Source: Candidatus Methylomirabilota bacterium (GTDB lineage: Bacteria; Methylomirabilota; Methylomirabilia; Rokubacteriales; CSP1-6). Taken from it: a DNA stretch of 14,640 bases. Shown here in pieces: positions 1 through 8,333 of this stretch. The notes below the pieces were generated by a model that worked only from the letters and a program-made list of their open reading frames with translations, made no database searches and had not been told where the DNA came from. The position numbers and the translations under genes are program-made. The DNA lies in NCBI GenBank assembly GCA_046726415.1, contig JBKPAK010000109.1, forward strand, positions 1-14,640, written 5' to 3'. The stretch's first letter is position 1, and every line of letters begins with the position of its first letter.

Positions 1-88
1 CGAGACCGCGCGAGACTGAAGCGAAACGGGGGACATCGATGCTGGCCACCCACGGCGAAGCGAGCCCCAGCGCAGTCAAGCCGGTCGC

Positions 89-1081
89 GTGATGCCACTG
101 GGTCTGAGCCTTCCGCTCTTTCCGCACATCCCCCTCGGCGAGTACTTGGGGGTTGCCCGTGAGGTCGAGGCCCGGGGGGTCGATACGGTCTGGGTCGGCG
201 AGGCGGGCGGAATGGATGCGGTGACGCCCATGACTCTGCTGGCTTCAGCCACCACGCGGATCCGGATCGCGTCGGGGGTGATCCCGTTCCAGACCCGCAC
301 GCCGGTCCTGCTGGGCCAGACCGCGGCCGCGCTGGCCCACGTGGCCCGGGGGCGCATTGCCCTGGGCCTCGGCGTGTCCAGCGAGACCATCGTCGGGCAA
401 TGGCATGGCCTGCCGTTCGCGCGGCCACTCGCTCAGCTGCGCGAGGCGGTGACCATCATCCGCGCCGTGCTGAGCGGGGAGCGCGTCAGCGTCGATGGTG
501 CGTTCCATCGCGTGCGGAACTTTCGCTTGCTCGGACCTCCGCCGCCCGAGCCCGTGAAGATTTACCTGGCCGCGCTCGGACCGCGCGCGCTGGAGCTGGC
601 CGGAGAGATCGCCGACGGCGTTCTCCTGAACTGGATGGCCCCCGAGACCGTTGCCGGCGCCATGGAGCACGTGCGGGTGGGGGCCGCGCGCGCGGGGCGC
701 ACGCTCGACGGCTTCGAGATCGCCGGGTACATCCGCACCTGCGTGACCGAAGCGCCAGAGGCCGCTCGCACGCACCTCGCCCGGGACATCACCGGGTATG
801 CCTCCGTCGATGCCTACGCGAAATTCTTCCGCCGCTCGGGGTATGCCGCCGAGGTGGATGCCCTCTCGGCGGCGTGGCGATCAGGTGACCGCGCCGGCGC
901 CGTGAAGCAGATCTCGGCTCGAGTCCTCGATGGACTGGGGGTGGTGGGCGACGCGGAATTCTGCCGCGCGCGGGTCGCCGAATACGCCAAGGCCGGTCTC
1001 ACGCAGCCCGTGGTGATTCCCTTCTCCCCCGACCCCGAGCCCATTCCCTCGCTTCTGCGCACCATCCGCACCTTCCCATGA
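89..1081 (+). CDS. LLM-class (luciferase-like) oxidoreductase, Mer-like, possibly F420-dependent
   Basis: Family-typical segments GVDTVWVGE, TTRIRIASGVIP...RTP, GRIALGLGVS and IYLAALGPRALELAGEIADGVLLN. The start is GTG 89 or the adjacent ATG 92. Confidence 0.85.
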   Translation: MMPLGLSLPLFPHIPLGEYLGVAREVEARGVDTVWVGEAGGMDAVTPMTLLASATTRIRIASGVIPFQTRTPVLLGQTAAALAHVARGRIALGLGVSSETIVGQWHGLPFARPLAQLREAVTIIRAVLSGERVSVDGAFHRVRNFRLLGPPPPEPVKIYLAALGPRALELAGEIADGVLLNWMAPETVAGAMEHVRVGAARAGRTLDGFEIAGYIRTCVTEAPEAARTHLARDITGYASVDAYAKFFRRSGYAAEVDALSAAWRSGDRAGAVKQISARVLDGLGVVGDAEFCRARVAEYAKAGLTQPVVIPFSPDPEPIPSLLRTIRTFP

Positions 1082-1806
1082 ACGTGTTGGGCGTCATTCC
1101 CGCCCGGCTGGCTTCCACGCGGCTGCCGGCCAAGGTGCTCCGCGAGATCGCCGGGCGGCCGCTCGTCTGGCACGTCTGGGAGCGTGCCCGCCGAGCCCGT
1201 GTGCTCGACGATGTCGTGGTGGCCACCGACGCCGCCGAGGTGATGAACGCCTGTGGCCGACTCGGCATCCCGGCCATGCTGACGAGCCCCGACCATCCCT
1301 CGGGGACCGACCGCGTGTGGGAAATCGCCCAGCGACGCGTGGCCGACGTCTACGTCAACATCCAAGGAGACGAGCCGCTCATCACCGAGCAGCATCTCGA
1401 GCTCCTGGTGGCGCCCTTCCGACGGCGCCCGGAGACCCAGGTCACGACGCTCTGTATCCGCGCCACCCCGGGGGAATTGCCCAATCCCAACGTCAACAAG
1501 GTCGTTCGCGACACCGAGGGGCGGGCTCTGTACTTCTCGAAATACGCGATTCCCTACGACCGCGACGGCATCAACCCGGTGCGCTACAAGCACATCGGGC
1601 TCTACGCCTACCGCGCGGCGGCGCTCGACGGCTTTCATCGCCTGCCCCCGTCACCCCTCGAACGCGCCGAGCGCCTGGAGCAGCTGCGCTTTCTCGAGGG
1701 CGGCATCCCCATCGTCGTCGAGGAGACGAGTGATCCCACCGTAGGGGTCGATACGGAGGAAGACCTGAGAACGGTCGAGGCGATCCTGGCGTCGCGACCG
1801 CGGTGA
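1078..1806 (+). CDS. kdsB: 3-deoxy-D-manno-octulosonate cytidylyltransferase (CMP-Kdo synthetase)
   Basis: Motifs IPARLASTRLP, VATD, HPSGTDRV, NIQGDEP, KVV, ALYFS, HIGLYAYR, LERAERLEQLR and GVDTEEDL. ATGA overlap with the upstream gene. Confidence 0.93.
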   Translation: MNVLGVIPARLASTRLPAKVLREIAGRPLVWHVWERARRARVLDDVVVATDAAEVMNACGRLGIPAMLTSPDHPSGTDRVWEIAQRRVADVYVNIQGDEPLITEQHLELLVAPFRRRPETQVTTLCIRATPGELPNPNVNKVVRDTEGRALYFSKYAIPYDRDGINPVRYKHIGLYAYRAAALDGFHRLPPSPLERAERLEQLRFLEGGIPIVVEETSDPTVGVDTEEDLRTVEAILASRPR

Positions 1807-1885
1807 CCGCCGCGCGGGCGACCTGGTGCCGTCGATACGCCGATCCACTCGGTCATTTCGGATCGGTGCTATCGTAATCCGCGGA

Positions 1886-3118
1886 ATGAGCCAGCGACGT
1901 CTCTTCTACGGCTGGGTCGTGCTCGCGGTCAGCGCCGTCATCACGTGTCTGGGCATGGGGGCGCTCTTCTCACTTGGCGTCTTTCTCAAGCCGATCGAGG
2001 ACTCGACCGGTTGGACTCGGAGCGCCATCTCCCTGGTTGCGCTGTTCAACTGGCTCGGGATGGGCTTGGGCTCGTTCGTCTGGGGCACGATCTCCGACCG
2101 GGTCGGCACGCGTCTCGTCGCCGGCCTCGGGGGCTTCCTGCTCGGCCTCGGACTCGTCGTCTCCAGTCAGGCGACGAGCCTCTGGCAACTGCAGCTCTGG
2201 TTTGGTCTGGTGGTCGGCTTCGCGGTGGGGGCCTTTTACGCGCCGCTCACCGCGACCGCGACAAAATGGTTCACCGCGAATCGCGCCCTCGCCGTGGCCA
2301 TCGTGTCGGCCGGGATTGGCCTCGGCATTCTGACCATCGCTCCCCTGGCGCGCTGGCTCACCACCCTGTTCGACTGGCGCATGGCCATGCTCATCCTGGG
2401 CGACCTGTGCTGGCTCGTCATCGTCCCGCTGGCCCTCCTCATCCGGAACGCGCCCGCCGACATGGGCGCCCGCGCGCTGGGGGCGGTGATGGAAACACCG
2501 GGGCCCGACCTGACCAGGGCCGACGTGCTGCGGGCGCCGCAGTTCTGGGCGATCGGGCTCACTCACTTCGCCTGTTGTGCCGCTCACTCGGGCCCGATCT
2601 TCCACATGGTCACGCACGCCATCGATCAGGGACTGGCCACCATGGTGGCCGCCACCGTTCTCGGCGTCTCGGGACTCAGCTCAATCGTCGGACGGATCGG
2701 CTGCGGGATCCTCGCCGACCGCTTCGGGGCCAAGCGCACGTTGATCGCGGGCCTCGGACTGCAGGCCCTGCTGGTCTTCAGCTACATGTGGGCGCGCGAC
2801 GCCTCGAGCTTTTACGCCCTGGGCGTTGTCTTCGGCGTGGCCTACGGCGGCGTCATGCCCCTGTACGCGATTGTGACGCGGGAGTATTTCGGCGAGAAGG
2901 TGATGGGCTCCGCCTATGGCGCCGTGTTCCTGGTCTCTACCATCGGGATGGGACTGGGGTCGTTCGCGGGCGGCGCAATCTACGATCGCCTGGGCAGCTA
3001 CCTGTGGCTGTACTTGGGATCGGGGAGCATCGGGGTCGCGGCCATCGTCCTCGCCCTAACCTTCCGCCCTCCGCGCCACGCCGCCCCGACGATGGCCCAC
3101 GCCTCGGCGACAGCCTGA
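1886..3118 (+). CDS. MFS transporter (OFA/monocarboxylate-like, ~12 TM)
   Basis: Hydrophobic 410-aa protein with MFS motif A twice (WGTISDRVGTR, CGILADRFGAKR), KWFTANRALA and N-terminal FYGWVV. ATG 1886 is preferred over the ORF-finder start at 1826. Confidence 0.88.
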   Translation: MSQRRLFYGWVVLAVSAVITCLGMGALFSLGVFLKPIEDSTGWTRSAISLVALFNWLGMGLGSFVWGTISDRVGTRLVAGLGGFLLGLGLVVSSQATSLWQLQLWFGLVVGFAVGAFYAPLTATATKWFTANRALAVAIVSAGIGLGILTIAPLARWLTTLFDWRMAMLILGDLCWLVIVPLALLIRNAPADMGARALGAVMETPGPDLTRADVLRAPQFWAIGLTHFACCAAHSGPIFHMVTHAIDQGLATMVAATVLGVSGLSSIVGRIGCGILADRFGAKRTLIAGLGLQALLVFSYMWARDASSFYALGVVFGVAYGGVMPLYAIVTREYFGEKVMGSAYGAVFLVSTIGMGLGSFAGGAIYDRLGSYLWLYLGSGSIGVAAIVLALTFRPPRHAAPTMAHASATA

Positions 3119-3141
3119 GTCGCTTTCCGAGCCGTTTGCCG

Positions 3142-3171
3142 TTGACACCTGCCGATGAACGATGGTATCCA
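3142..3171 (+). promoter_or_regulatory. sigma70-type promoter candidate for ABC operon 1
   Basis: TTGACA 3142-3147, 18-nt spacer, TGG-TATCCA (extended -10-like) 3163-3171. Confidence 0.55.
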
Positions 3172-3299
3172 AACGTCACTCTCCGGATGACCGGCCTTAC
3201 TCGACTACGCCGCGCGCCATCCCTCCGTCCTCGCCGACGAGCGGGAACCAAGCCGGTGACCTAGTTCAAGCTGGCACCCAGTTCAAGGAGGAGCGAGGA

Positions 3300-4634
3300 A
3301 TGAGCGCAAGTCCGATGAATCGGCGAGATTTCATCCGGGTCTCTGGATCGGCGGCCGCCGTGGCGGCCACCGGTGTCGAAGGGATCATCGCCGCCCGCAA
3401 GGCCCCGGCCTACGCCCAAGGCACGAAGCTGCATCTCGTGCGGTGGGTCGACTTTATTCCGGAGGCGGACGTCGAGTTGAAGCGGCAGATGCCCGAAGCC
3501 GGAAAGGCCCTGGGGGCGGAGATTCAGCTGGAGACGATCAACGCCAACGACGTGCAGCCGCGCATCACCGCCGCCATCCAGTCGGGCAGCGGCGCCGATC
3601 TATTCATGCTCTTCTACAACTGGCCCCACTTGTATCAGAATGCCCTCGTCGACCTCAGCGAGGTGGCCACCGCGGTGGCCAAGGAGCAGGGCGGGTTCTA
3701 CGACGTCTTCAAGCCGTCGTTCCAGGTCGGCGGCAAGTGGTTAGGGATGCCGCACTCCATCGTCGGCAATGCGATCGCCTACCGGAAGTCGTGGCTCCGC
3801 GAGGTCGGCTTCAGCGAGTTTCCCAAGACGTGGGATGAGCTGCACAAGGCGACCAGCGCGCTGAAGAACAAGGGCAAACCCTACGGCCAGACCCTCGGCC
3901 ACACGTTCGGCGACGCCCCGACGTGGTCCTATCCGCTGCTATGGTCCTTTGGCGGGGCGGAGACGGATCCCACCGGCAAGAAGGTGGCGATCAACGGAAA
4001 GGGCGCCCTCGATGCCGTGAAGTATATGACCGCGCTCTGGAAGGAAGGCTGCGACGAGGGGGGCCTGGCCTGGGATGACACCAACAACAATCGCGCGTTT
4101 CACGCCGGGGATATTTGCGCGACCCTCAACGGTGCGTCGATCTACATCGTGGCCAAGCGCCAGAAGGACAAGATCAAGGACGAGCGCGGCGAGCCCATGT
4201 ACCTCGACATCGATCACGCCCTGTACCCGCTGGGCGGGGCGGTCGGGCAGTTCCCGCTCTACTTCTCGAACGGGCACGGCCTCATGAAGTATTCCAAGAA
4301 CCAGAAGCTGGCCAAGGAGTTCCTGCGCTGGCTCCACCGACCGGAGAACTTCGACAAGTGGTTCCAGGTGTGCGACGGCTACAGCGTGGCGTCCACCACC
4401 ATCTGGGAGAAGAGCACCATGTGGGACCGGGTGGACAAGCCGCTGAAGGTGTTCCGGACAGCCGCGCGCAACACCCGGATCTTCGGCTATGCGGGCCCGG
4501 CCACCGGCAAATCCACCGAGGCATACTCCAAGTACATCATCGTGGACATGTTCGCCAAGGCCGCGCAGGGCACGAAACCCGAAGACGCGGTCAAGTGGGC
4601 CGACACCGAACTCAAGAAGATCTACGAGACGTAA
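3300..4634 (+). CDS. ABC transporter extracellular solute-binding protein (CUT1/SBP_bac_1-like), Tat signal
   Basis: AAGGAGGAG SD just upstream of ATG 3300, twin-arginine NRRDFIR, AYA|Q cleavage site, AYRKSW, FPKTWDEL and WDDTNNNRAF. Followed by permeases. Confidence 0.9.
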   Translation: MSASPMNRRDFIRVSGSAAAVAATGVEGIIAARKAPAYAQGTKLHLVRWVDFIPEADVELKRQMPEAGKALGAEIQLETINANDVQPRITAAIQSGSGADLFMLFYNWPHLYQNALVDLSEVATAVAKEQGGFYDVFKPSFQVGGKWLGMPHSIVGNAIAYRKSWLREVGFSEFPKTWDELHKATSALKNKGKPYGQTLGHTFGDAPTWSYPLLWSFGGAETDPTGKKVAINGKGALDAVKYMTALWKEGCDEGGLAWDDTNNNRAFHAGDICATLNGASIYIVAKRQKDKIKDERGEPMYLDIDHALYPLGGAVGQFPLYFSNGHGLMKYSKNQKLAKEFLRWLHRPENFDKWFQVCDGYSVASTTIWEKSTMWDRVDKPLKVFRTAARNTRIFGYAGPATGKSTEAYSKYIIVDMFAKAAQGTKPEDAVKWADTELKKIYET

Positions 4635-4643
4635 CCCGTACGG

Positions 4644-5624
4644 GTGGGAACGGTGGTCACCAAGCCGGTTGCCAGAGGTTCGGGGAGTGTCGCCAGGGTT
4701 CCGGTGGCGCTCCCTCACCCTCGCACCACGCGCCCCAGGGGGTGGACGGACCTGCTCGAGAGCGAGCGCCTGCTCGCCTCACTCCTCCTCGCCCCCACGG
4801 TGATCCTGCTGGGGCTCTTCATCGCCTATCCCTTCCTGATGGGCATCTGGCTATCGCTCTCGTCGACCTCCGTCGGCAACCCTGGCGTCTTCGTGGGTCT
4901 GAAGAACTTCGCCAAGGCCTGGGACGACTCCATCTTCCACGTGGCCTTCCGGAACACGTTCTTCTATACGTTCTGGGCCACGATCTTCAAGCTCGTCCTC
5001 GGGATGTGGTTGGCTCTTCTGCTCAACCGCCACTTCCGCTTCAAGCGCATCGTGCGGGCCTCCATGCTCTTGCCCTTCATCATCCCCACGGTGCTGTCCA
5101 CGTTCGCGTGGCGCTGGATGTTCGATCCCACCTTCTCCGTCCTCAACTGGACCCTCTACCAGACCGGCTTCATCGTCAGCAAGCTACCCTTCCTCTCCAA
5201 CGGAGACTGGGCCATGTGGTGCGCCATCGTCGTCAACACCTGGCGCGGCATGCCGTTCTTCGCCATCACCCTGCTGGCCGGGCTGCAGACCATTTCCCCC
5301 GACCTGCACGAGGCGGCGTCCCTCGACGGCGCCAACGGCTGGCGGCGCTTCTGGCACGTCACCTGGCCGCTGCTCAAGCCGGTCACCATCGTGGTCGTCG
5401 TCTTCTCCGTCATCCAGACCTTCGCCGATTTTCAGTTGATCTACGTCCTCACCGGCGGCGGGCCGGCCAATTCCACGCATCTGCTGGCCACCTACGCCTA
5501 TCAGCTCGGGGTCAACTCGGGACTCCTCGGGGAGGGGGCGGCGGTATCGCTGTTCATGTTCCCCGTCCTCCTGGCCGTCGTGTGGATCCAATTGCGCTAT
5601 CTCCGTCGGCTGGAAGGGCTGTAG
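4644..5624 (+). CDS. Carbohydrate-family ABC permease, MalF/UgpA-like
   Basis: FVGLKNF, EAA loop LHEAASLDGANGWRRFWHVTWPLL and IYVLTGGGPANST. Exact start uncertain (GTG 4644 or 4653). Confidence 0.9.
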   Translation: MGTVVTKPVARGSGSVARVPVALPHPRTTRPRGWTDLLESERLLASLLLAPTVILLGLFIAYPFLMGIWLSLSSTSVGNPGVFVGLKNFAKAWDDSIFHVAFRNTFFYTFWATIFKLVLGMWLALLLNRHFRFKRIVRASMLLPFIIPTVLSTFAWRWMFDPTFSVLNWTLYQTGFIVSKLPFLSNGDWAMWCAIVVNTWRGMPFFAITLLAGLQTISPDLHEAASLDGANGWRRFWHVTWPLLKPVTIVVVVFSVIQTFADFQLIYVLTGGGPANSTHLLATYAYQLGVNSGLLGEGAAVSLFMFPVLLAVVWIQLRYLRRLEGL

Positions 5625-5627
5625 GCG

Positions 5628-6476
5628 GTGGTCGAGCCGCGCTGGAAGCGCTGGGTGTTCTTCTATATTCCGCTGACCCTGTTCGTCATCGGCACCCTCT
5701 TTCCGTTCTACTGGATGCTGATCACCGCGCTCAGGCCCGACGAGGAGCTCTACCGGTCCTGGCGCGCCGTCAACAACACCCCCTTCTGGACGCTGAAGCC
5801 CACCCTGGCCCATGTCCAGGACCTCCTGGCCAAGACGACGTTCCCGCGATGGCTCTGGAACACGTTCTTCATCGCCGTCGCCTCCACCGGTATTTCGTTG
5901 GTCTGCGGCCTCTTCGCCGGCTACGCCTTGGCCCGACTCAACTTTCCGCTGGCCGGATTTCTGGGAACGTCCATCTTCGTGACCTACCTGGTGCCGCCCA
6001 CCTTGCTCTTCATCCCGCTGGCCGACATCATCCGAAACTTCAAGCTCGGCAACACCCCATGGGCGCTGATCCTGACCTACCCGACGTTCCTGATTCCCTT
6101 CTGTACCTGGCTGCTCATGGGATATTTCAAGACAATACCCAAGGAGTTGGAGGAGTGCGCACGCATCGACGGGGCCACCCGCTTCGGCGCCATGGCTCGT
6201 ATCATCTTCCCCATCGCGGTTCCCGGTATCCTCTCGGCGGGGATCTTCGCCTTCACCCTGTCCTGGAACGAATTCATCTATGCCCTCGTCTTTCTTTCCT
6301 CCCCGGAGCGCAAGACCGTCCCCGTGGGCGTAGTCTCTGAACTCATCCGAGGCGATATCTACTTCTGGGGACAGCTCATGGCGGGAGCACTCTTGGGCTC
6401 GGTGCCCGTGGCCCTCGTCTACTCTTTCTTCGTCGAGTACTACGTGGCCGGCCTCACCGGCTCCGTGAAGGGATAG
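5628..6476 (+). CDS. Carbohydrate-family ABC permease, MalG/UgpE-like
   Basis: PFYWM, AGYALARL, EAA loop IPKELEECARIDGA, SWNEF and LTGSVKG C-terminus. Confidence 0.92.
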   Translation: MVEPRWKRWVFFYIPLTLFVIGTLFPFYWMLITALRPDEELYRSWRAVNNTPFWTLKPTLAHVQDLLAKTTFPRWLWNTFFIAVASTGISLVCGLFAGYALARLNFPLAGFLGTSIFVTYLVPPTLLFIPLADIIRNFKLGNTPWALILTYPTFLIPFCTWLLMGYFKTIPKELEECARIDGATRFGAMARIIFPIAVPGILSAGIFAFTLSWNEFIYALVFLSSPERKTVPVGVVSELIRGDIYFWGQLMAGALLGSVPVALVYSFFVEYYVAGLTGSVKG

Positions 6477-6493
6477 CTGGGGTCCATGACTCT

Positions 6494-6520
6494 CCGCCCG
6501 GCCCGCATCGCGCCGGGCGG
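6494..6520. repeat. Intergenic GC-rich inverted repeat (hairpin, REP-like)
   Basis: CCGCCCGGC 6494-6502 pairs with GCCGGGCGG 6512-6520 across a 9-nt loop. No U-tract. Confidence 0.5.
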
Positions 6521-6579
6521 TGCTGCACGGCTCGCCCGAAGGCTGCCCCGGGTGCGCCTCCCTCGCGTCAGGACGTAGC

Positions 6580-7464
6580 GTGACCGCCGCGCGGCGTCGG
6601 GAGATCGAGCTGGCGTACGCGCTTCTGGCCCCCACTCTCTTCCTGCTCTTGGCGGTACTCGCCTATCCGGTGGCCTGGGAGGTCTGGACCAGCTTCACCG
6701 ATCTCTCTCCGCTGAAGGACCAATCGACGGAGTTCGTGGGCTTCGCGAACTATCAGCATCTGCTCGGCGACGCGCAGTTCCAGCGGGCGGTGGTGGTGAC
6801 GGTACTCTACGCGGTGGTGACCACCGTGGCCAAGCTCGGGCTGGGGGTGGGATTTGCCCTCCTGCTGGCTCGTCCCTTTCCCGGGCGAGCTGTCGTCTTC
6901 ATGGCCATCTTCCTGCCGTGGGCCTATCCCGCCAGCGTCAGCGTGATCGGCTGGTACTGGACCTTGAGTCCTCCGGTGGCCACGGCCTATAGCCTGTACA
7001 TGGGCAACATGAAGTACGCAGTCGATGCCCTGTTCGGGAGCGGGGCATGGGCCTTCCTCAGCGTGACCCTCTTCAACATCTGGCGCGGCAGCTCCTTTGT
7101 CGGCGTCTTTCTCCTGGCCGGGATCAATGCCGTGCCTGCCGAGCTCTTCGAGTGCGCGCTGTTGGAATCGCGGAGCGCCTGGCAGCGCTTCTGGATGGTG
7201 ACCGTGCCTCTGCTCAGGCCCTTCCTGGCCCTCGCCGTTTTCCTCTCGCTCACCACCGCGTTCGCCGACATCGCGAACGTCTGGATGCTGACGGCTGGCC
7301 GCATCATCTTTCCCGTGATCGGCACGCAAGCCTACTGGCTCGCCGTCCAGGGCGGGCAATTCGGCCTGGCCTCTGCCCTCTCCCTCACCCTCGTGCCGGG
7401 ACTCCTCGCGGTGCTGCTGCTGTTGTTCAGAATCTTCGATCCTCCGCAGGAGGTGCGCACGTGA
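6580..7464 (+). CDS. Second MalF-like ABC permease (divergent, atypical EAA loop)
   Basis: YALLAPTL, FVGFANY, LALLLARPFPGR-like segment and NIWRG. EAA region reads VPAELFECALLESRSAWQRF. GTG 6580 chosen as start after AGGA. Confidence 0.82.
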   Translation: MTAARRREIELAYALLAPTLFLLLAVLAYPVAWEVWTSFTDLSPLKDQSTEFVGFANYQHLLGDAQFQRAVVVTVLYAVVTTVAKLGLGVGFALLLARPFPGRAVVFMAIFLPWAYPASVSVIGWYWTLSPPVATAYSLYMGNMKYAVDALFGSGAWAFLSVTLFNIWRGSSFVGVFLLAGINAVPAELFECALLESRSAWQRFWMVTVPLLRPFLALAVFLSLTTAFADIANVWMLTAGRIIFPVIGTQAYWLAVQGGQFGLASALSLTLVPGLLAVLLLLFRIFDPPQEVRT

Positions 7465-8333
7465 GCCCCCGCCCCTGGTGGCAGCGGCTCGGGCACGGGG
7501 CCCTTCTCCTGCTGGCCACCGTGTACTGCGTCTTTCCGATCTACTTCATGCTCGTGCAGTCGCTGAAGACCGCTCAAGAGGATATCTTCGGCAATCCTCT
7601 CATCGTGATCAATCCAACCCTGGAGAACTTTGCCGAGCTCTTCGAACGAACCGGCGACGCTCACGGCTTCGTGGGGAGGGTCCTGAAGCGTTCTTACCCG
7701 TTCTTCGACTGGTTGGAGAACACGATCATCGTGTTCGCCGGCTCGGTGGGAATCACCCTGGTGGTCAGCCTTCTCGCCGCCTACGCCATCGGGCGGTTGC
7801 GTCCGCCCGGTTTTCGGTGGTGGCGCCGGCTCATCTTTGCCACCTACGTCATCCCTCACACAATCCTCTTCGTTCCTCTTTACCAGGTCGTGCTCCGGCT
7901 CCACCTGGATGACAACCTCCTGGCCCTGCTTCTGATCTATCCAACGATGGCCCTGCCCTTCTGCATCTGGATTCTCTCCACCTACTTCCAGCACCTCCCC
8001 CCGGGGGTCGAGGAATCCGCCCTCGTGGAGGGGGCCAGCCGCGTCACCGCGTTCCTACGGATCGTTCTGCCCATGAGTTGGCCGGTCGTGGTCGCGGCCG
8101 GTATCTTCGCTCTGGGCACGATCGCCAGCGACTTCACCATCGCCTCCGTGTTCCTGCTGAGCGCGCACAACCAGACGATCCCGGCCGGCCTCGGCACCAT
8201 GGAGGTCGCGCTGGACGAGCTCTTGGCGGTGGCCGGTATCAATCTCATGGCGATTCCGGTGGTGCTGGTCTGCGCCTTCTTCGCGCGCGGCTACGTACGC
8301 GGGCTCACGGCGGCGATGGTAGAAGGGGCCTGA
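7461..8333 (+). CDS. Second MalG-like ABC permease (divergent)
   Basis: GGAGG SD with GTGA overlap at 7461, FPIYFM, AAYAIGRL, EAA loop LPPGVEESALVEGAS and YVRGLTAAMVEG. Confidence 0.85.
   Translation: MSPRPWWQRLGHGALLLLATVYCVFPIYFMLVQSLKTAQEDIFGNPLIVINPTLENFAELFERTGDAHGFVGRVLKRSYPFFDWLENTIIVFAGSVGITLVVSLLAAYAIGRLRPPGFRWWRRLIFATYVIPHTILFVPLYQVVLRLHLDDNLLALLLIYPTMALPFCIWILSTYFQHLPPGVEESALVEGASRVTAFLRIVLPMSWPVVVAAGIFALGTIASDFTIASVFLLSAHNQTIPAGLGTMEVALDELLAVAGINLMAIPVVLVCAFFARGYVRGLTAAMVEGA

Noticed and set aside
1..88. CGAGAC repeats and possible upstream gene end (TGA 17-19) or REP-like sequence
   Set aside because: Truncated by the window edge, so there is too little context to call.
3162..3299. 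46-aa extension of SBP1
   Set aside because: It begins inside the predicted -10 region and would bury the Tat signal. A strong SD precedes ATG 3300.
4115..6340. 741-aa alternative-frame ORF overlapping SBP1 and two permeases
   Set aside because: Arg/Pro/His/Gly-rich translation with no motifs. This is the typical shadow frame of high-GC3 genes, where stop codons are rare.
5184..6635. Long antisense ORFs (also 814-1638, 3939-4718, 11743-13020, 13315-14070)
   Set aside because: Mirror-frame ORFs of well-supported genes with no recognisable domains.
7047..7460. N-terminal extension of the 428-aa ORF
   Set aside because: It overlaps the upstream permease out of frame. The GGAGG SD and GTGA overlap support a start at 7461.
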